A DNA stretch of 64,000 nucleotides from Patescibacteria group bacterium (GTDB taxonomy: Bacteria; Patescibacteriota; UBA1384; JACPKC01). A program made the position numbers and the translations under genes. Positions 39,848 through 52,652 of this stretch are shown piece after piece (the first letter of the stretch is position 1; the number at the start of each line of letters is the position of its first letter). The stretch is from the NCBI GenBank assembly GCA_050944875.1, contig JBMNRW010000001.1, positions 85,436 to 149,435 of the forward strand. The letters are read 5' to 3'. The notes under the pieces were generated by a model. That model worked only from the letters and a program-made list of their open reading frames with translations. It made no database searches and was not told the origin of the DNA.

Positions 39848-40867
39848 TCACTCCCCAGGAGTACCGTCAAGGGGTTGCCGCGTCTCCATGACGCCGCTCT
39901 TCATTGCACCGAGGAGCTCGTCAACCCCTTCATTCGTCGCAGACGAGATGAAGAACGGACGAAGCGCAGCGAGCGTGGTACGAAGCTCGTTTTGACGTGT
40001 CGCATCCACAGCGTCGATGCGCGACACAACAACGAGCTCTGGCCGCGCACTGAGCGAGGGGTCAAATGCCTCGAGTTCTGCGCGGACTGTGCGGTAGTCA
40101 GCAAGCGGGTCTTTAGCGAGCGCATCAATGAAGTGCGCAAGGAGACGAGTTCGTCGGATGTGCTTCAGGAAGGCGTCACCCAAGCCCTTACCCTCGGACG
40201 CGCCAGCAATGAGGCCTGGGATATCCGCCGCCACCCAACGCGCGCCATCTCGCTCAATGACGCCGAGGTGCGGTTCGAGCGTGGTGAACGGGTAGTTCGC
40301 AACTTTCGGCTTCGCCGAGGAAACGCGGGCGAGAAAGGTTGACTTCCCAACGTTGGGCAAACCGATAATCCCGACATCGGCAATGTGCTGGACGATGAGC
40401 TCAAGTTCCTTGCGCTCGCCCGGTGTCCCGCGTGTGAACTCCCGCGGCGCCTGGTTGGTCGCCGACGCGAAGTGGACGTTCCCCAAGCCGCCCTTGCCGC
40501 CGCGGGCAATACGGACGAGTTCAGTTGGCTTCGTCGCCATGTCGACGAGGAGCGTGCGCGTTCCGTCTGGTCGCCGCTCGTAGACGAGCGTGCCTGGTGG
40601 CACGTCAATTGTAATATCTTTCCCTTTCCGGCCGTACATCTTCTTGCCCATGCCGTTTTCCCCGTTCTCGGCAGCAAAGCGATGCGTCGCCGCCAATCGC
40701 GCGAGACCGTGAATGCTTTCTTTCACGCGCAAGTAGACGTGCCCGCCGTACCCGCCGTCGCCGCCGTCTGGGCCGCCCCGCGGGATGAATTTCTCACGAC
40801 GAAACGAGGCTGAGCCATCGCCGCCTCTTCCTGCCTGGACACTAATTCGCGCTTCGTCGAGGAACAT
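39848..40867 (-). CDS. obg: GTPase Obg/CgtA
   Basis: Gly-rich Obg fold (GGDGGYGGHV) and G domain (GLPNVGKSTF). Confidence 0.9.
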   Translation of the reverse strand: MFLDEARISVQAGRGGDGSASFRREKFIPRGGPDGGDGGYGGHVYLRVKESIHGLARLAATHRFAAENGENGMGKKMYGRKGKDITIDVPPGTLVYERRPDGTRTLLVDMATKPTELVRIARGGKGGLGNVHFASATNQAPREFTRGTPGERKELELIVQHIADVGIIGLPNVGKSTFLARVSSAKPKVANYPFTTLEPHLGVIERDGARWVAADIPGLIAGASEGKGLGDAFLKHIRRTRLLAHFIDALAKDPLADYRTVRAELEAFDPSLSARPELVVVSRIDAVDATRQNELRTTLAALRPFFISSATNEGVDELLGAMKSGVMETRQPLDGTPGE

Positions 40868-40918
40868 GACTGCACAGCGTAGCACAGTACATGCTTGTTG
40901 TCACGACGGCCGCGACGC

Positions 40919-41935
40919 TTAGAACGGGTCAACCGCCCGACCGCCAGCCCGAGTTTCGAAGTGCAAGTGCGGGCCAGTCGAGTAGCCGGTGTTTCCCGAC
41001 CAGCCAATTGTCTCTCCTTGGCCTACGGTCTGCCCTGGCGCAACGCCAATGCGCGAGAGGTGCGCGTAGCGGGTCGTCAGGCCGCCGCCATGATCGACGA
41101 GAATCGAGATGCCAAACCCGCCAGCCCAGCCGCTCGTCGTCTCAATGACCCGGCCTTCCTGCGCTGCACGGACCGGCGTTCCCTCGGGCGCCCGGTAATC
41201 GTAGCCCATGTGGTAGCTCGAAAGCCCACGAGAGATACCATTGTGGCTAATCGGCACGACAAAGTTCATACCTGCGACACCGGCGTACTCGCCGTTCGCT
41301 CGCTGCCTCGACGTCGCCTTGCTCCGACTCGCTGCCTTCGACTGCGCAACCGCTTTCGCGCGCTTCGCAGCCTCAGCGAGCGCACGTTGACGCTCTTCTT
41401 CCTTCTTCTGGTTAAGCTGGACTAGCCACTCTTTCGAGTTAGACGTATCTTCCGCAGGAATAACGAGCTCCGTACCAGGCTTGATGCGCTCAATCTCCTC
41501 AATGCCGATCTGGTTGCGCTCAGCAATGGTCGCGACGTGTAGCCCAAACTTATCGGCAATGCCGGTAATCGTGTCCCCTTTTTGCACGACGTACGTCTCT
41601 TCGAGTTTCGTGCCGGTTGTTACGTACGGATGTTCAGTAGCTGTCGCCGCGACGAAGCCACCAATGTCTGAGCCGCCGAGCACGACGTCAATGTCAACGC
41701 TCTGCTCACTGAGGAGCGGTGTGTACTGGTCAATGGCGGCGAGGAGCGCACCAGCGCGAGAAGGGTCAACGTCTATGTAGCGCTGCTGGGGTGCCGAGGC
41801 AAATGCGAGGCGATCTTGATCTGCCTGGAGGACGTTCCACCCTAGCACAAGCGCAACGAGAGTAAGGAATGCGATATGACGCTGCGCAACGGATACCGTT
41901 GCATGCGTTGTTCGATGAGCGTGCTGTACATGCAA
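40919..41935 (-). CDS. M23-family peptidoglycan endopeptidase with LysM domain
   Basis: LysM (YVVQKGDTITGIADKFG) plus M23 motifs (HLHFETR, GYDYRAPEGTPV); N-terminal TM. Confidence 0.8.
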   Translation of the reverse strand: MHVQHAHRTTHATVSVAQRHIAFLTLVALVLGWNVLQADQDRLAFASAPQQRYIDVDPSRAGALLAAIDQYTPLLSEQSVDIDVVLGGSDIGGFVAATATEHPYVTTGTKLEETYVVQKGDTITGIADKFGLHVATIAERNQIGIEEIERIKPGTELVIPAEDTSNSKEWLVQLNQKKEEERQRALAEAAKRAKAVAQSKAASRSKATSRQRANGEYAGVAGMNFVVPISHNGISRGLSSYHMGYDYRAPEGTPVRAAQEGRVIETTSGWAGGFGISILVDHGGGLTTRYAHLSRIGVAPGQTVGQGETIGWSGNTGYSTGPHLHFETRAGGRAVDPF

Positions 41936-42052
41936 GAAATAGCCACGCCACCAGTCATGTAGACGTTTGATATCTCCTCCTGCAACGAATCTATCCTACC
42001 TGAACCGAGGAGTGCGTCAAATGACAGGTTTGAACGTGGACGTATCCACAAG

Positions 42053-43273
42053 CTACTGAGCCGGCGCAAGCGTGACGACGACTTCTTGTGGCTCGACCCC
42101 ATCGACGGTAAGTGGCTCGCTTCGTCGGAATGATGCAGCAGTAAGTGGAAATCGGTTCTCGCCGGCGCTCAACGTGGCTGCGGACAGCGACAGACCAAGG
42201 TTGCCGCCAGGCAAATCAGGCAAGAGGGAGAGCGGCCCTTCAACGTTAACGATCACAGTTGGCGGATTCACTGCAACAAGCCGTAGCGAACGAGGCAGAT
42301 CGATCACTTGCACAGGCACCTGCACCGATCGCCTCGCTGTCGCTTCGCCAATCCGAACAGTAACTGAGACAGTACTCCCTGCTGGTTCGATGAGCCGAAT
42401 TCCATCGGGAATCTGAAGTGGGAGCTGAGCCGTCGTGTCCATAGACAAGTCCGCAAGAGAAAACGGTACTGTCTTCAGTGCATCTAAACCTGACAGTAGC
42501 TGTGCCTGTCCCGTAATCGTCGCGACCACTGGCGCCACCTCCACTGCCCGCACAACGAGACCTCGCTTCGGCTCACCGATGGTTGGCACTGTAATTCCCA
42601 CCGTTCTCGTGTTGCTTGCCCGCGTAACCGGAACTCTCGCGCGCACAGTTGCCGGCTCGAAGCTCACCGCAGCAGTGAGTTCAACCTCCGGTAAAGCCCG
42701 TACAGTTGCTGTCGCAGTGACGTCTTCCCGCTCGCCAGTTAATTCTACTCGCGCAACAGCTCGGTCGATTAAACTGAGTACGCTTCGCGGACCACGGACG
42801 ACTACGGTCTCGGGTTGCGACTCAGCTTCACCTGGCGCAAATCCCGCTGCCACCTCTCCGCCGACTTCCACGTCCACAGTCACCTGTTTCTGCTCTATCG
42901 GCTCCAGGCGCACCAACACCCGTGCTGGCGTTACACGGACAACACGGGTATCAGTACGAGTTGAGCGCACAGAAACATCCCGATCAACAACCCCCTCGAG
43001 CGCGCCAAGTAGGTCCACGGTTGCGATGAACTGTTCCGCCTGGAAGGACTGCCAAGCGGGTCGGGCCGCAGCCAGAATGACCTCTACTCGCTGCGGAGCG
43101 CCCACAGGCACGAGCCCTTCGGGAACGTTCACGTACTCAACCGTCACGCCGCCAGGGTACGTGCTCATCCGCTGCGCATCAGATGATGCCACTAACCACA
43201 AGCCAATCGACACGACGAGCGCCATAACCTTGACTGGCCAATTCCGCAAGAGGAGTCGAAGTACCGCCCTCAT
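42053..43273 (-). CDS. cdaR: YbbR-repeat protein CdaR-like (regulator of diadenylate cyclase)
   Basis: N-terminal TM plus repeated YbbR-like beta domains; start overlaps cdaA stop (ATGA). Confidence 0.7.
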   Translation of the reverse strand: MRAVLRLLLRNWPVKVMALVVSIGLWLVASSDAQRMSTYPGGVTVEYVNVPEGLVPVGAPQRVEVILAAARPAWQSFQAEQFIATVDLLGALEGVVDRDVSVRSTRTDTRVVRVTPARVLVRLEPIEQKQVTVDVEVGGEVAAGFAPGEAESQPETVVVRGPRSVLSLIDRAVARVELTGEREDVTATATVRALPEVELTAAVSFEPATVRARVPVTRASNTRTVGITVPTIGEPKRGLVVRAVEVAPVVATITGQAQLLSGLDALKTVPFSLADLSMDTTAQLPLQIPDGIRLIEPAGSTVSVTVRIGEATARRSVQVPVQVIDLPRSLRLVAVNPPTVIVNVEGPLSLLPDLPGGNLGLSLSAATLSAGENRFPLTAASFRRSEPLTVDGVEPQEVVVTLAPAQ

Positions 43274-44091
43274 ACCGGCCTTGCCTCACTGCGGAGATAA
43301 CTCGCAAGACGCTGCTCGAGTCGCTCAAGTGGAGTTCGAGTCAACTTCCCATCGACGACGAGCGATACTCGTCCGGTTTCTTCGGAAACCACAAGAACCA
43401 CTGCATCAGTCTCTTTCGAAATACCAAGTGCTGCGCGATGCCTCGTGCCAAGGGAGATATCCTGGGCTTCATCTGTAAGTGGCAGGAATACGCTTGCGGC
43501 GACAATGCGACTATTCCGCACGATCACCGCACCGTCATGTAGCGGTGACTTCGGGGTGAAGATCGTAATGAGCGCCTCAGGTGAGAAGAGTGCATCGAGC
43601 GCAACGCCGGTCGTTGCAAAGTCCCTGAGCCCTGTCTGACGCTCGATAACAATGAGCGCGCCAATCCGTTGCTCGGAGAGGACCTGTGCCGTTTTTACGA
43701 GATCAGCGATGAACCCACTGCGAGTGGAGCGGTTTCCCGAGCGGAACGATTGGACGAAATCCCCCCTACCGATTCGCTCAAGCGCAGCCCGTAGCTCCGG
43801 CTGAAACACAACGGGAATGGCGACGACGATAATCGCCACGGCGGACTCGAGCACGAATTTAAGTGCTAGGAGATTAAGCCAGCGAGCCAAGAGGTAGACA
43901 GCGCCGAGCACGAGAAAGCCATAGAGAATACGCAGTGCACGCGTCTCTTGGATGAGGCGGTAGACACCGTACACGATGAACGCGACGAGAAAGATATCGA
44001 GAATGTCGGCCCAGTGGAGCGGGAGAAATGCAAGGGCTGCCGCATCCGCGAGCCGCCGCAGTATCTCAGCGAAACCACTCCCCTCAGTCAC
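43270..44091 (-). CDS. cdaA: diadenylate cyclase CdaA (c-di-AMP synthase)
   Basis: 3 N-terminal TM helices plus DAC domain (DGAVII...TRHRAALGISKETDAVVLVVSEETGRVS). Confidence 0.85.
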   Translation of the reverse strand: MTEGSGFAEILRRLADAAALAFLPLHWADILDIFLVAFIVYGVYRLIQETRALRILYGFLVLGAVYLLARWLNLLALKFVLESAVAIIVVAIPVVFQPELRAALERIGRGDFVQSFRSGNRSTRSGFIADLVKTAQVLSEQRIGALIVIERQTGLRDFATTGVALDALFSPEALITIFTPKSPLHDGAVIVRNSRIVAASVFLPLTDEAQDISLGTRHRAALGISKETDAVVLVVSEETGRVSLVVDGKLTRTPLERLEQRLASYLRSEARPV

Positions 44092-44117
44092 TACCCCTCC
44101 TCCGTATGCTTACCGTA

Positions 44118-45950
44118 TCACTGCGTCTCGTCGACGTGAATGACCAAGACGTCACCAACAGCAGCCGGGGTCGTTGTTGCGAGCGAGAGTCCACACTCCT
44201 CACCTTCGCGAACAAGGTCGGCAGGCGTCTGTCCGCGCTGGACTGATCGAATCGTCCCGGTACCTACTTCTTCCCCGTCACGCATAATCGTAGCGACCGC
44301 ACCAGTTCGAACGTCACCCTGCTCCACCCGGCCACCGACGATCTGCTCGGTCTTTGTCGTGCGGAACACGCCGAGAATCTCCAGTCGCCCTGTTTCGACC
44401 CGAAGTACAGTCGGTTCACGCAGCGCCTTAGCCTGCGTTTCAACGTGCTCAATGAGTTCGTAGATCACCTGGAAGCTGTAAATAGGCAGATTGTTGAGCT
44501 TTGCGAGGTTCTTCGCAGCCGCCGTGACATTTGTACGAAACGCAAGGAGGAGCGGATGTCGGGATGCCATGGCAAGGTGGACGTCCGACTCAGTAAGATC
44601 ACCAACCGCATCGTGAATCAATCGAACCTCAACCCCTTCGGGCTGCAAGTTGGCGAGTGATGAGCGAATCGCCTCAACAGAGCCGCCAACATCAGCCTTC
44701 AGTACAACAGATAGGTGCGGCGTTTCGTCAGACTCTTCGTAATTCACGAAACGAGCTCCCGAGCGATCGGCGGCTTGTTGTGCAGCTGCTCGCGCAGCCT
44801 TCTCGCTGGTCATTACCGCGAGCTGAGTGCCGAAGACCGCAACGCTAGACAGACCAGCTACGCGTACCGGCGTTGATGGCTTCGCAGTGAGGTGTCGGGT
44901 TCCGTACTCATCCTCCATGAATCGAACGCGGCCCCAGGCAGTACCAGCTACAACCATGTCACCAACGCGCAGTTCGCCACGCTGGACGAGCACAGTTGCC
45001 ACTGGGCCGACGCCCGGCTGCATGTGCGACTCAATGATTACGCCCCGAGCTAAACCGTCTGGACGAGCTGTCAGTTCGCCCAGATCTGCAACGAGGAGCA
45101 CAGTGTCGAGAAGGTCATCGATCCCGGTCCCTGCTTTTGCGGACACCGGAACTACTGGGGTTTTTCCGCCCCAATCCTCTGGGTTAAGCCCAAGTTCTAC
45201 AAGCTGCCCCTTCACTCGGTCGACATTCGCGCCAGGCTTATCCATTTTATTGATTGCAACGATCACCGGGACGTTTGCGGCACGAGCGTGCGAAAGCGCT
45301 TCCTTCGTCTGCGGTTTTACCCCATCGTCTGCGGCGACGACGAGAATTACGATATCCGTAATGCTGGCGCCGTGCGCTCGTAGTGCCGAGAATGCTTCGT
45401 GGCCGGGCGTATCAACGAACGTGATCCGGCGTTCCGGCAAGTTTCCATCGCTTCCGCGCCAGACCACCTGGTACGCGCCGATATGCTGCGTAATACCGCC
45501 AGACTCCGATGATGCTACGTTCGCTTGACGGATCGAGTCGAGTAACGAGGTTTTCCCATGGTCGACGTGTCCCATTACCGTTACGACCGGAGGCCGTGGA
45601 ACAAGCTCGCTCTCTACGTCTGCGTCAGTAGTTTCGGCGGCCGCCACTTCGTCAATCACCCGGATACCGAGCTCCTCCCCGATGATCTCTACGGTTTCGC
45701 GGTCGACAGAGTCATTGACCGTCGCAATGACACCGTTCCCGAGCAGGGCGCCAACGATCTCAGCGGACGTTCGGCCAGAGCGACGTGCAAGGTCGGCAAC
45801 CATAATGGTCGATCCGACTGGAACGTCGACCGTTGTCCGAGCTGGCTTCTGCGGCGCAACGTCTTCAGTGCGCTTCGGCGCTGCATCAACCTTACGCTGC
45901 GCCTTGAGCTGCTTCTTTGAGAGTTTCTTTTTCTGGGGACGTCGTGCCAT
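44118..45950 (-). CDS. infB: translation initiation factor IF-2 (short N-terminus)
   Basis: G domain [24 protein letters not shown]; 610 aa. Confidence 0.95.
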   Translation of the reverse strand: MARRPQKKKLSKKQLKAQRKVDAAPKRTEDVAPQKPARTTVDVPVGSTIMVADLARRSGRTSAEIVGALLGNGVIATVNDSVDRETVEIIGEELGIRVIDEVAAAETTDADVESELVPRPPVVTVMGHVDHGKTSLLDSIRQANVASSESGGITQHIGAYQVVWRGSDGNLPERRITFVDTPGHEAFSALRAHGASITDIVILVVAADDGVKPQTKEALSHARAANVPVIVAINKMDKPGANVDRVKGQLVELGLNPEDWGGKTPVVPVSAKAGTGIDDLLDTVLLVADLGELTARPDGLARGVIIESHMQPGVGPVATVLVQRGELRVGDMVVAGTAWGRVRFMEDEYGTRHLTAKPSTPVRVAGLSSVAVFGTQLAVMTSEKAARAAAQQAADRSGARFVNYEESDETPHLSVVLKADVGGSVEAIRSSLANLQPEGVEVRLIHDAVGDLTESDVHLAMASRHPLLLAFRTNVTAAAKNLAKLNNLPIYSFQVIYELIEHVETQAKALREPTVLRVETGRLEILGVFRTTKTEQIVGGRVEQGDVRTGAVATIMRDGEEVGTGTIRSVQRGQTPADLVREGEECGLSLATTTPAAVGDVLVIHVDETQ

Positions 45951-46018
45951 TGAGCTCCTTCGGTAAACGGAAGTAGCCTACCAGAAGGAATGCTTCCGGG
46001 CAATGCAAACCGTGTGCG

Positions 46019-48577
46019 CTACGCGTCAGCCACGCCCTCAAGCTCAGTTGGGATAACAATCCCATCAGCTTCATCAGAGACCTTGAGTAAGGCAATTGAC
46101 GCGACAGCATCGTCCGAATCCCTAAACCGCATCAGTGTCACGCCTTGCGTGTCACGACCGAGCCGCTTCACCGACTTCAGCGGGAGTCGGATCGTCTGCC
46201 CGTGCTGCGAGATCATCACGACATCTGCCTCATCGCCCTCGACGATCTGCGCCCCGACGACAATGCCTGTTTTGTCCGTTACTTTGGCCGCCCGAACTCC
46301 GAGTCCGCCGCGTTTCTGCAGGCCGAAGAGATCCACTTTCGTCCGCTTACCAAAGCCGTTTTCGAGCACAATGAGGAGATCAGCGTCTTGGTTAGGTACG
46401 ACGTCCATCGCCATCACCTGGTCACCGTGCCTGAGCTTCATGCCGCGAACACCGGCTGCACTGCGCCCCATTGGCCGGACATCTCGCTCGTGGAACTGAA
46501 TTGCCTGGCCGTGCTTCGAAGCCATCATGAGCGTGCTATTACCGTTCGTCACCCTGACCCAGAGCAGCTCATCGCCGTCGCGAAGCCCGATTGCAATAAT
46601 GCCGCTCTTGCGGACGTTCTTATACTTCTCGATCTCGGTTTTCTTCACGACTCCGTCTTTTGTACCCATGAAGAAGTGTGTCCCTGCTGGCTGCTTAGCG
46701 TTCAGCGTAATCATGGCGGTAACGTGCTCATCCGGCGCGATCTGCACAATATTCACGACCGGCGTACCTTTTGCCTGACGCGACGCCGCAGGAAGCTCGT
46801 ACACCTTGGTGGCGAAGAGTCGACCTCGCGAGGTGAAGAACAGAATATCGTCATGGGTACTCGCGACCGCCAGCTGCGCAACGCTATCCTCTTCTTTCGT
46901 TGTCATGCCAACGATCCCTTTGCCGCCCCGCTGCTGAGACTTGTATGCAGATACCGGAACCCGCTTTACATAATTTTCGTTCGTGACTGTGATCACGACC
47001 TGCTCGTTCGGAATCAGGTCTTCCGCGGAGAACTCGCCGAGGGCGGTTGGCACGATTTCGGTCCGCCGGTCGTCGCCGTACTTCTCGGACACTTCGTCAA
47101 GTTCTGCCTTGATAATCTCGCGAACGCGCTCTTCGGACGACAGAATTGCCTTCAGTTCCGCAATGAGCGCTTCCTTCTCAGCGATCTCGTCGAGGACCTT
47201 CTGACGCTCAAGGCCGGCAAGCGCAGCGAGCCGCATGTCGAGAATCGCGTGCGCTTGACGATCAGAGAGCGAGAAGCGATTCATGAGCTCATCGTGCGCC
47301 ACCTCACGGTTCGCAGACTCACGGATGAGCGTGATAATTTCGTCGATGTGGTCGAGCGCCGTCCGGAGGCCCAAGAGGATGTGAAGCCGATCCTCTGCGC
47401 GCTTAAGGTCATACGCTGTCCGTCGCCGCACAACGGTAATGCGGTGCGCAATAAACTCAGTCAACACGTCTTTAAGCGAGAGTACTCGCGGCTGAATACC
47501 GTCAACGAGTGCGAGCATGTTCACGTGGAACGCAGTCTGCATCGCCGTCAAGTCGTAGAGCCGGTTCAAAACCTTCTTCGGGTAAGCGTTCTGCTTGAGC
47601 TCAATGACGATCCGGACCTTCTCCTCTCGGTCTGACTCATCTCTCAGGTCGGAGATGCCCTCGATTTTCTTGAGCTTCACCAGCGTTGCGATCTTCGCGA
47701 CGAGGTCAGCCTTGTTCACCTGGTACGGGATTTGCGACACGATGATCTGGTGTCCATTTTTCTTTTCCTGGATCTCTGCCACCGCGCGCATGACGATCCT
47801 ACCCTTGCCCGTCGAGTACGCGGTCCGGATATCTTCCTTCCCGTAGACGACAGCGCCAGTTGGGAAGTCTGGCCCTGGAATATGTTCCATGAGCTCGTCG
47901 ATCGTGATATCGGGATTATCAATTTGCGCCTTCGTCCCCGCAACGATCTCGCGAAGATTGTGCGGCGGAATGCTCGTCATCATGCCAACCGCAATACCAA
48001 GTGATCCGTTTAGGAGGAGGTTCGGCGCCTTTGCTGGCAGGTACCTCGGCTCCTTTAGGCTTGAGTCGTAGTTCGGCACGAAGTCGACGGTGTCCTTCTC
48101 GATATCGACAAGCATCTCCTCGGCAATCGACGTCATTCGCGCTTCGGTGTACCGCATTGCCGCCGGCGCGTCGCCGTCCATAGAACCGAAGTTCCCTTGT
48201 CCGTCGATGAGTGGGTATCGGTAGGCAAAATCCTGAGCCATCCGTGCGAGCGTGTCGTACGCGGCCTGGTCTCCGTGCGGGTGAAACTTCGCAAGCACTT
48301 CGCCCACGATCTTCGCCGACTTCACGTAGCGTCCCCGCGCCCGAAGGCCCATCTGGTACGCGGCATACAGCACGCGGCGGTGCACAGGCTTCATGCCGTC
48401 ACGGACATCCGGAAGTGCGCGCGACACGATGACGCTCATCGCGTAGTCGAGGAAGCTCTTCGACATCTCCTCCGTAATCGCTCGGGCTTGGATGAGGCCG
48501 ATGCCCTCTTCGTGCACGGGCACGTTCTCCGTTGCAGGAGTCTCGTTCTCTGGTTGTGGTGGGATTTGGTCGTCCAT
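46019..48577 (-). CDS. gyrA: DNA gyrase subunit A
   Basis: Active-site region [24 protein letters not shown]; 852 aa. Confidence 0.97.
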   Translation of the reverse strand: MDDQIPPQPENETPATENVPVHEEGIGLIQARAITEEMSKSFLDYAMSVIVSRALPDVRDGMKPVHRRVLYAAYQMGLRARGRYVKSAKIVGEVLAKFHPHGDQAAYDTLARMAQDFAYRYPLIDGQGNFGSMDGDAPAAMRYTEARMTSIAEEMLVDIEKDTVDFVPNYDSSLKEPRYLPAKAPNLLLNGSLGIAVGMMTSIPPHNLREIVAGTKAQIDNPDITIDELMEHIPGPDFPTGAVVYGKEDIRTAYSTGKGRIVMRAVAEIQEKKNGHQIIVSQIPYQVNKADLVAKIATLVKLKKIEGISDLRDESDREEKVRIVIELKQNAYPKKVLNRLYDLTAMQTAFHVNMLALVDGIQPRVLSLKDVLTEFIAHRITVVRRRTAYDLKRAEDRLHILLGLRTALDHIDEIITLIRESANREVAHDELMNRFSLSDRQAHAILDMRLAALAGLERQKVLDEIAEKEALIAELKAILSSEERVREIIKAELDEVSEKYGDDRRTEIVPTALGEFSAEDLIPNEQVVITVTNENYVKRVPVSAYKSQQRGGKGIVGMTTKEEDSVAQLAVASTHDDILFFTSRGRLFATKVYELPAASRQAKGTPVVNIVQIAPDEHVTAMITLNAKQPAGTHFFMGTKDGVVKKTEIEKYKNVRKSGIIAIGLRDGDELLWVRVTNGNSTLMMASKHGQAIQFHERDVRPMGRSAAGVRGMKLRHGDQVMAMDVVPNQDADLLIVLENGFGKRTKVDLFGLQKRGGLGVRAAKVTDKTGIVVGAQIVEGDEADVVMISQHGQTIRLPLKSVKRLGRDTQGVTLMRFRDSDDAVASIALLKVSDEADGIVIPTELEGVADA

Positions 48578-48589
48578 GGTGCTCCCTCG

Positions 48590-50605
<2,016 letters not shown>

Positions 50606-50679
50606 TCAAGACAAAACAATGTCGCCTAGCGGCGTAGTCCCACTCTACCAAGCGCCCTATCCGGCGAGAAGGGGACAAC

Positions 50680-52011
50680 TCACTCGATCGTGAACGTCCT
50701 ATCGGTCGTGACCGTACCAGAGAATACCGGAATGCCGTATGCGGTAATTCCCAGCTGGTCAGCGAGCACGCCAGGCTGCTTTATGTACGTCACCGTAGCC
50801 GTGGGCTTGGGCAACGTGTATTCGATACGGATTTGACTGCTCTGCTGTGGCAGCGTCGTCACCCACGCACCGACAGCGGTCAATCCGTGTTCTTCGCTCA
50901 CGTGTTCCGAAACCGGCAACGTCGCGTCGTTGAGCGTGATCCGCAGAATATTCGACCCAGCTGGAAGTAGTGCGCGGAGATAGTTCGTATTCTCTCCGTC
51001 TGGCCAATGGCCATCACCTCTATGCGTTCGGGTCACCGCCAATTCGTGCACAGCGCCCGACTGATCCCGCCGAACTGACAGTTCGACCCGTTGGGCGACG
51101 TTCAAACTGCTCTTCTGCCCACCGACATTCGCGTTCACGATCGCAATGGGGTGCTCGGCCGCAGGAAGGGCTCCGGCCCAACCACGTTCGACGATACTCG
51201 CCTGCACCGCTTCGTCGGTGTGGTACAGCAGGATATGCTTTTCATCGAGCTCTTGTGCCAGGAGACGCGGAAGCTGTGCTGCGACCGCAGGCGAAAGTGC
51301 TCGGTATGCCAGTGTCCGGTAGAGGTCGCGGAGTACAGACTTTGGCTCATTCTCCCGCTGACGATCGGCATCGTAGAAGTACTCTTTCTCCACTTTGTAA
51401 TGGAGCACGTCAAAGAAGGATGCTGCGGTAACCGAAGTACCGTCAGATAACGGCACTTCACCGATAAGCTCCACAAAGTCGCGGATCACGCTCGCATTGA
51501 CTGCGATCACCCCATCTACTGGTTCGCCACCTTCTTGTTCGTAGAACCAGAGCACCTGCGTGGCGGCATCTCGGAAGTCCGCTGCCCAGTTACTATCTCG
51601 CAGTGCCCAGCGTTCAGTGACCCGCTGAAGCGGGGCTGGTGGCGTTACTGCGTGACGAGCCGTAAACGCGTGATCACGCTTGTAGATATTCGTGTCGAAC
51701 GCCAGGCTGCGCGGACCATAGGCGCTCAGCTCCACTGTTGCAATCGTACCAATGAAGCCACCGCTTGGCCGGAGTTCGGCGTTGTTCTGGAGGAGTACGA
51801 GGTATCTGCCAGAAGGGAGTACGTCGCGGAAGGCCCAGACCGTCTTTGTTTGCGCCGCGACGACGCTCACGAGTGCGAGTATCCCTGCAACGAACACGGT
51901 CGCCGCCAAGCCAGTTGAGATCACCCAACGAAACCGCGGCAACGCGATCCAACCCCAGCCCTTCCGAGCCGGAGCATTTGCGAGCCGACGAATGCCGTCG
52001 ACTGTCCGCAT
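50680..52011 (-). CDS. DUF4012-family membrane-anchored protein (polysaccharide-cluster associated)
   Basis: N-terminal TM then VLLQNNAELRPSGGFIGT, characteristic of DUF4012. Confidence 0.55.
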   Translation of the reverse strand: MRTVDGIRRLANAPARKGWGWIALPRFRWVISTGLAATVFVAGILALVSVVAAQTKTVWAFRDVLPSGRYLVLLQNNAELRPSGGFIGTIATVELSAYGPRSLAFDTNIYKRDHAFTARHAVTPPAPLQRVTERWALRDSNWAADFRDAATQVLWFYEQEGGEPVDGVIAVNASVIRDFVELIGEVPLSDGTSVTAASFFDVLHYKVEKEYFYDADRQRENEPKSVLRDLYRTLAYRALSPAVAAQLPRLLAQELDEKHILLYHTDEAVQASIVERGWAGALPAAEHPIAIVNANVGGQKSSLNVAQRVELSVRRDQSGAVHELAVTRTHRGDGHWPDGENTNYLRALLPAGSNILRITLNDATLPVSEHVSEEHGLTAVGAWVTTLPQQSSQIRIEYTLPKPTATVTYIKQPGVLADQLGITAYGIPVFSGTVTTDRTFTIE

Positions 52012-52014
52012 CCG

Positions 52015-52644
52015 CTACTCGTGACGTCGTGGCTGCGCAGGTAAGCCGAGCGAAAGGATAAGCAGCACGATGAAGCCGAGCACGGTACCGGCAATTGCAC
52101 TGAGCGCCAGGACAACAGGCAAGCTACGCGACTCTGCCTCGCGAACAACTACTTCGCCGCCGGTTACCCCAAAATCACGGTAGAACCCCTGTTGCTGCAG
52201 TGCTTCGAGCTGGCGAGACGCTACGGTCCGCGTCGCGACGAGTAGGCGCTCCGCCTGCCATGCATCCGCATGCGTGAGCTCAGCGAGGAGCGCTGCGTTC
52301 CCCTGCGCCGTCAACTTCACCACGCCGCTAAGCTGCTCCAGCGAGTATCCGCTCGAATCAACGCCCGCCTCGCGCAGGATAGTAGTACCCGCAGCAGGAT
52401 CGAGAAGCCACCCGCGGAGCTGCTCCGTTAACAAACTACTAGCCTGAAGGTTGTAGTACTCCCCGTATTGGTACTCCGTGACCGCTGATGGCGGGCGTTG
52501 GACAACCGACAAGAGCACACTTCCCTCGTACGAGGTCGGTTCGCGCAGCACGAGGAGGAGTGTGCCTACAACTGCCACAACGATAACCGCGACAAACACG
52601 AGCCAGTAGCGGCGAAACAGCGCTGCGTACATTGCAAGATCCAT
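52015..52644 (-). CDS. Wzz/YveK-like polysaccharide chain-length determinant domain protein
   Basis: Two terminal TM helices bracketing a ~150-aa extracytoplasmic domain; sits between DUF4012 and GT4. Confidence 0.4.
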   Translation of the reverse strand: MDLAMYAALFRRYWLVFVAVIVVAVVGTLLLVLREPTSYEGSVLLSVVQRPPSAVTEYQYGEYYNLQASSLLTEQLRGWLLDPAAGTTILREAGVDSSGYSLEQLSGVVKLTAQGNAALLAELTHADAWQAERLLVATRTVASRQLEALQQQGFYRDFGVTGGEVVVREAESRSLPVVLALSAIAGTVLGFIVLLILSLGLPAQPRRHE

Positions 52645-52652
52645 GCGAACTC

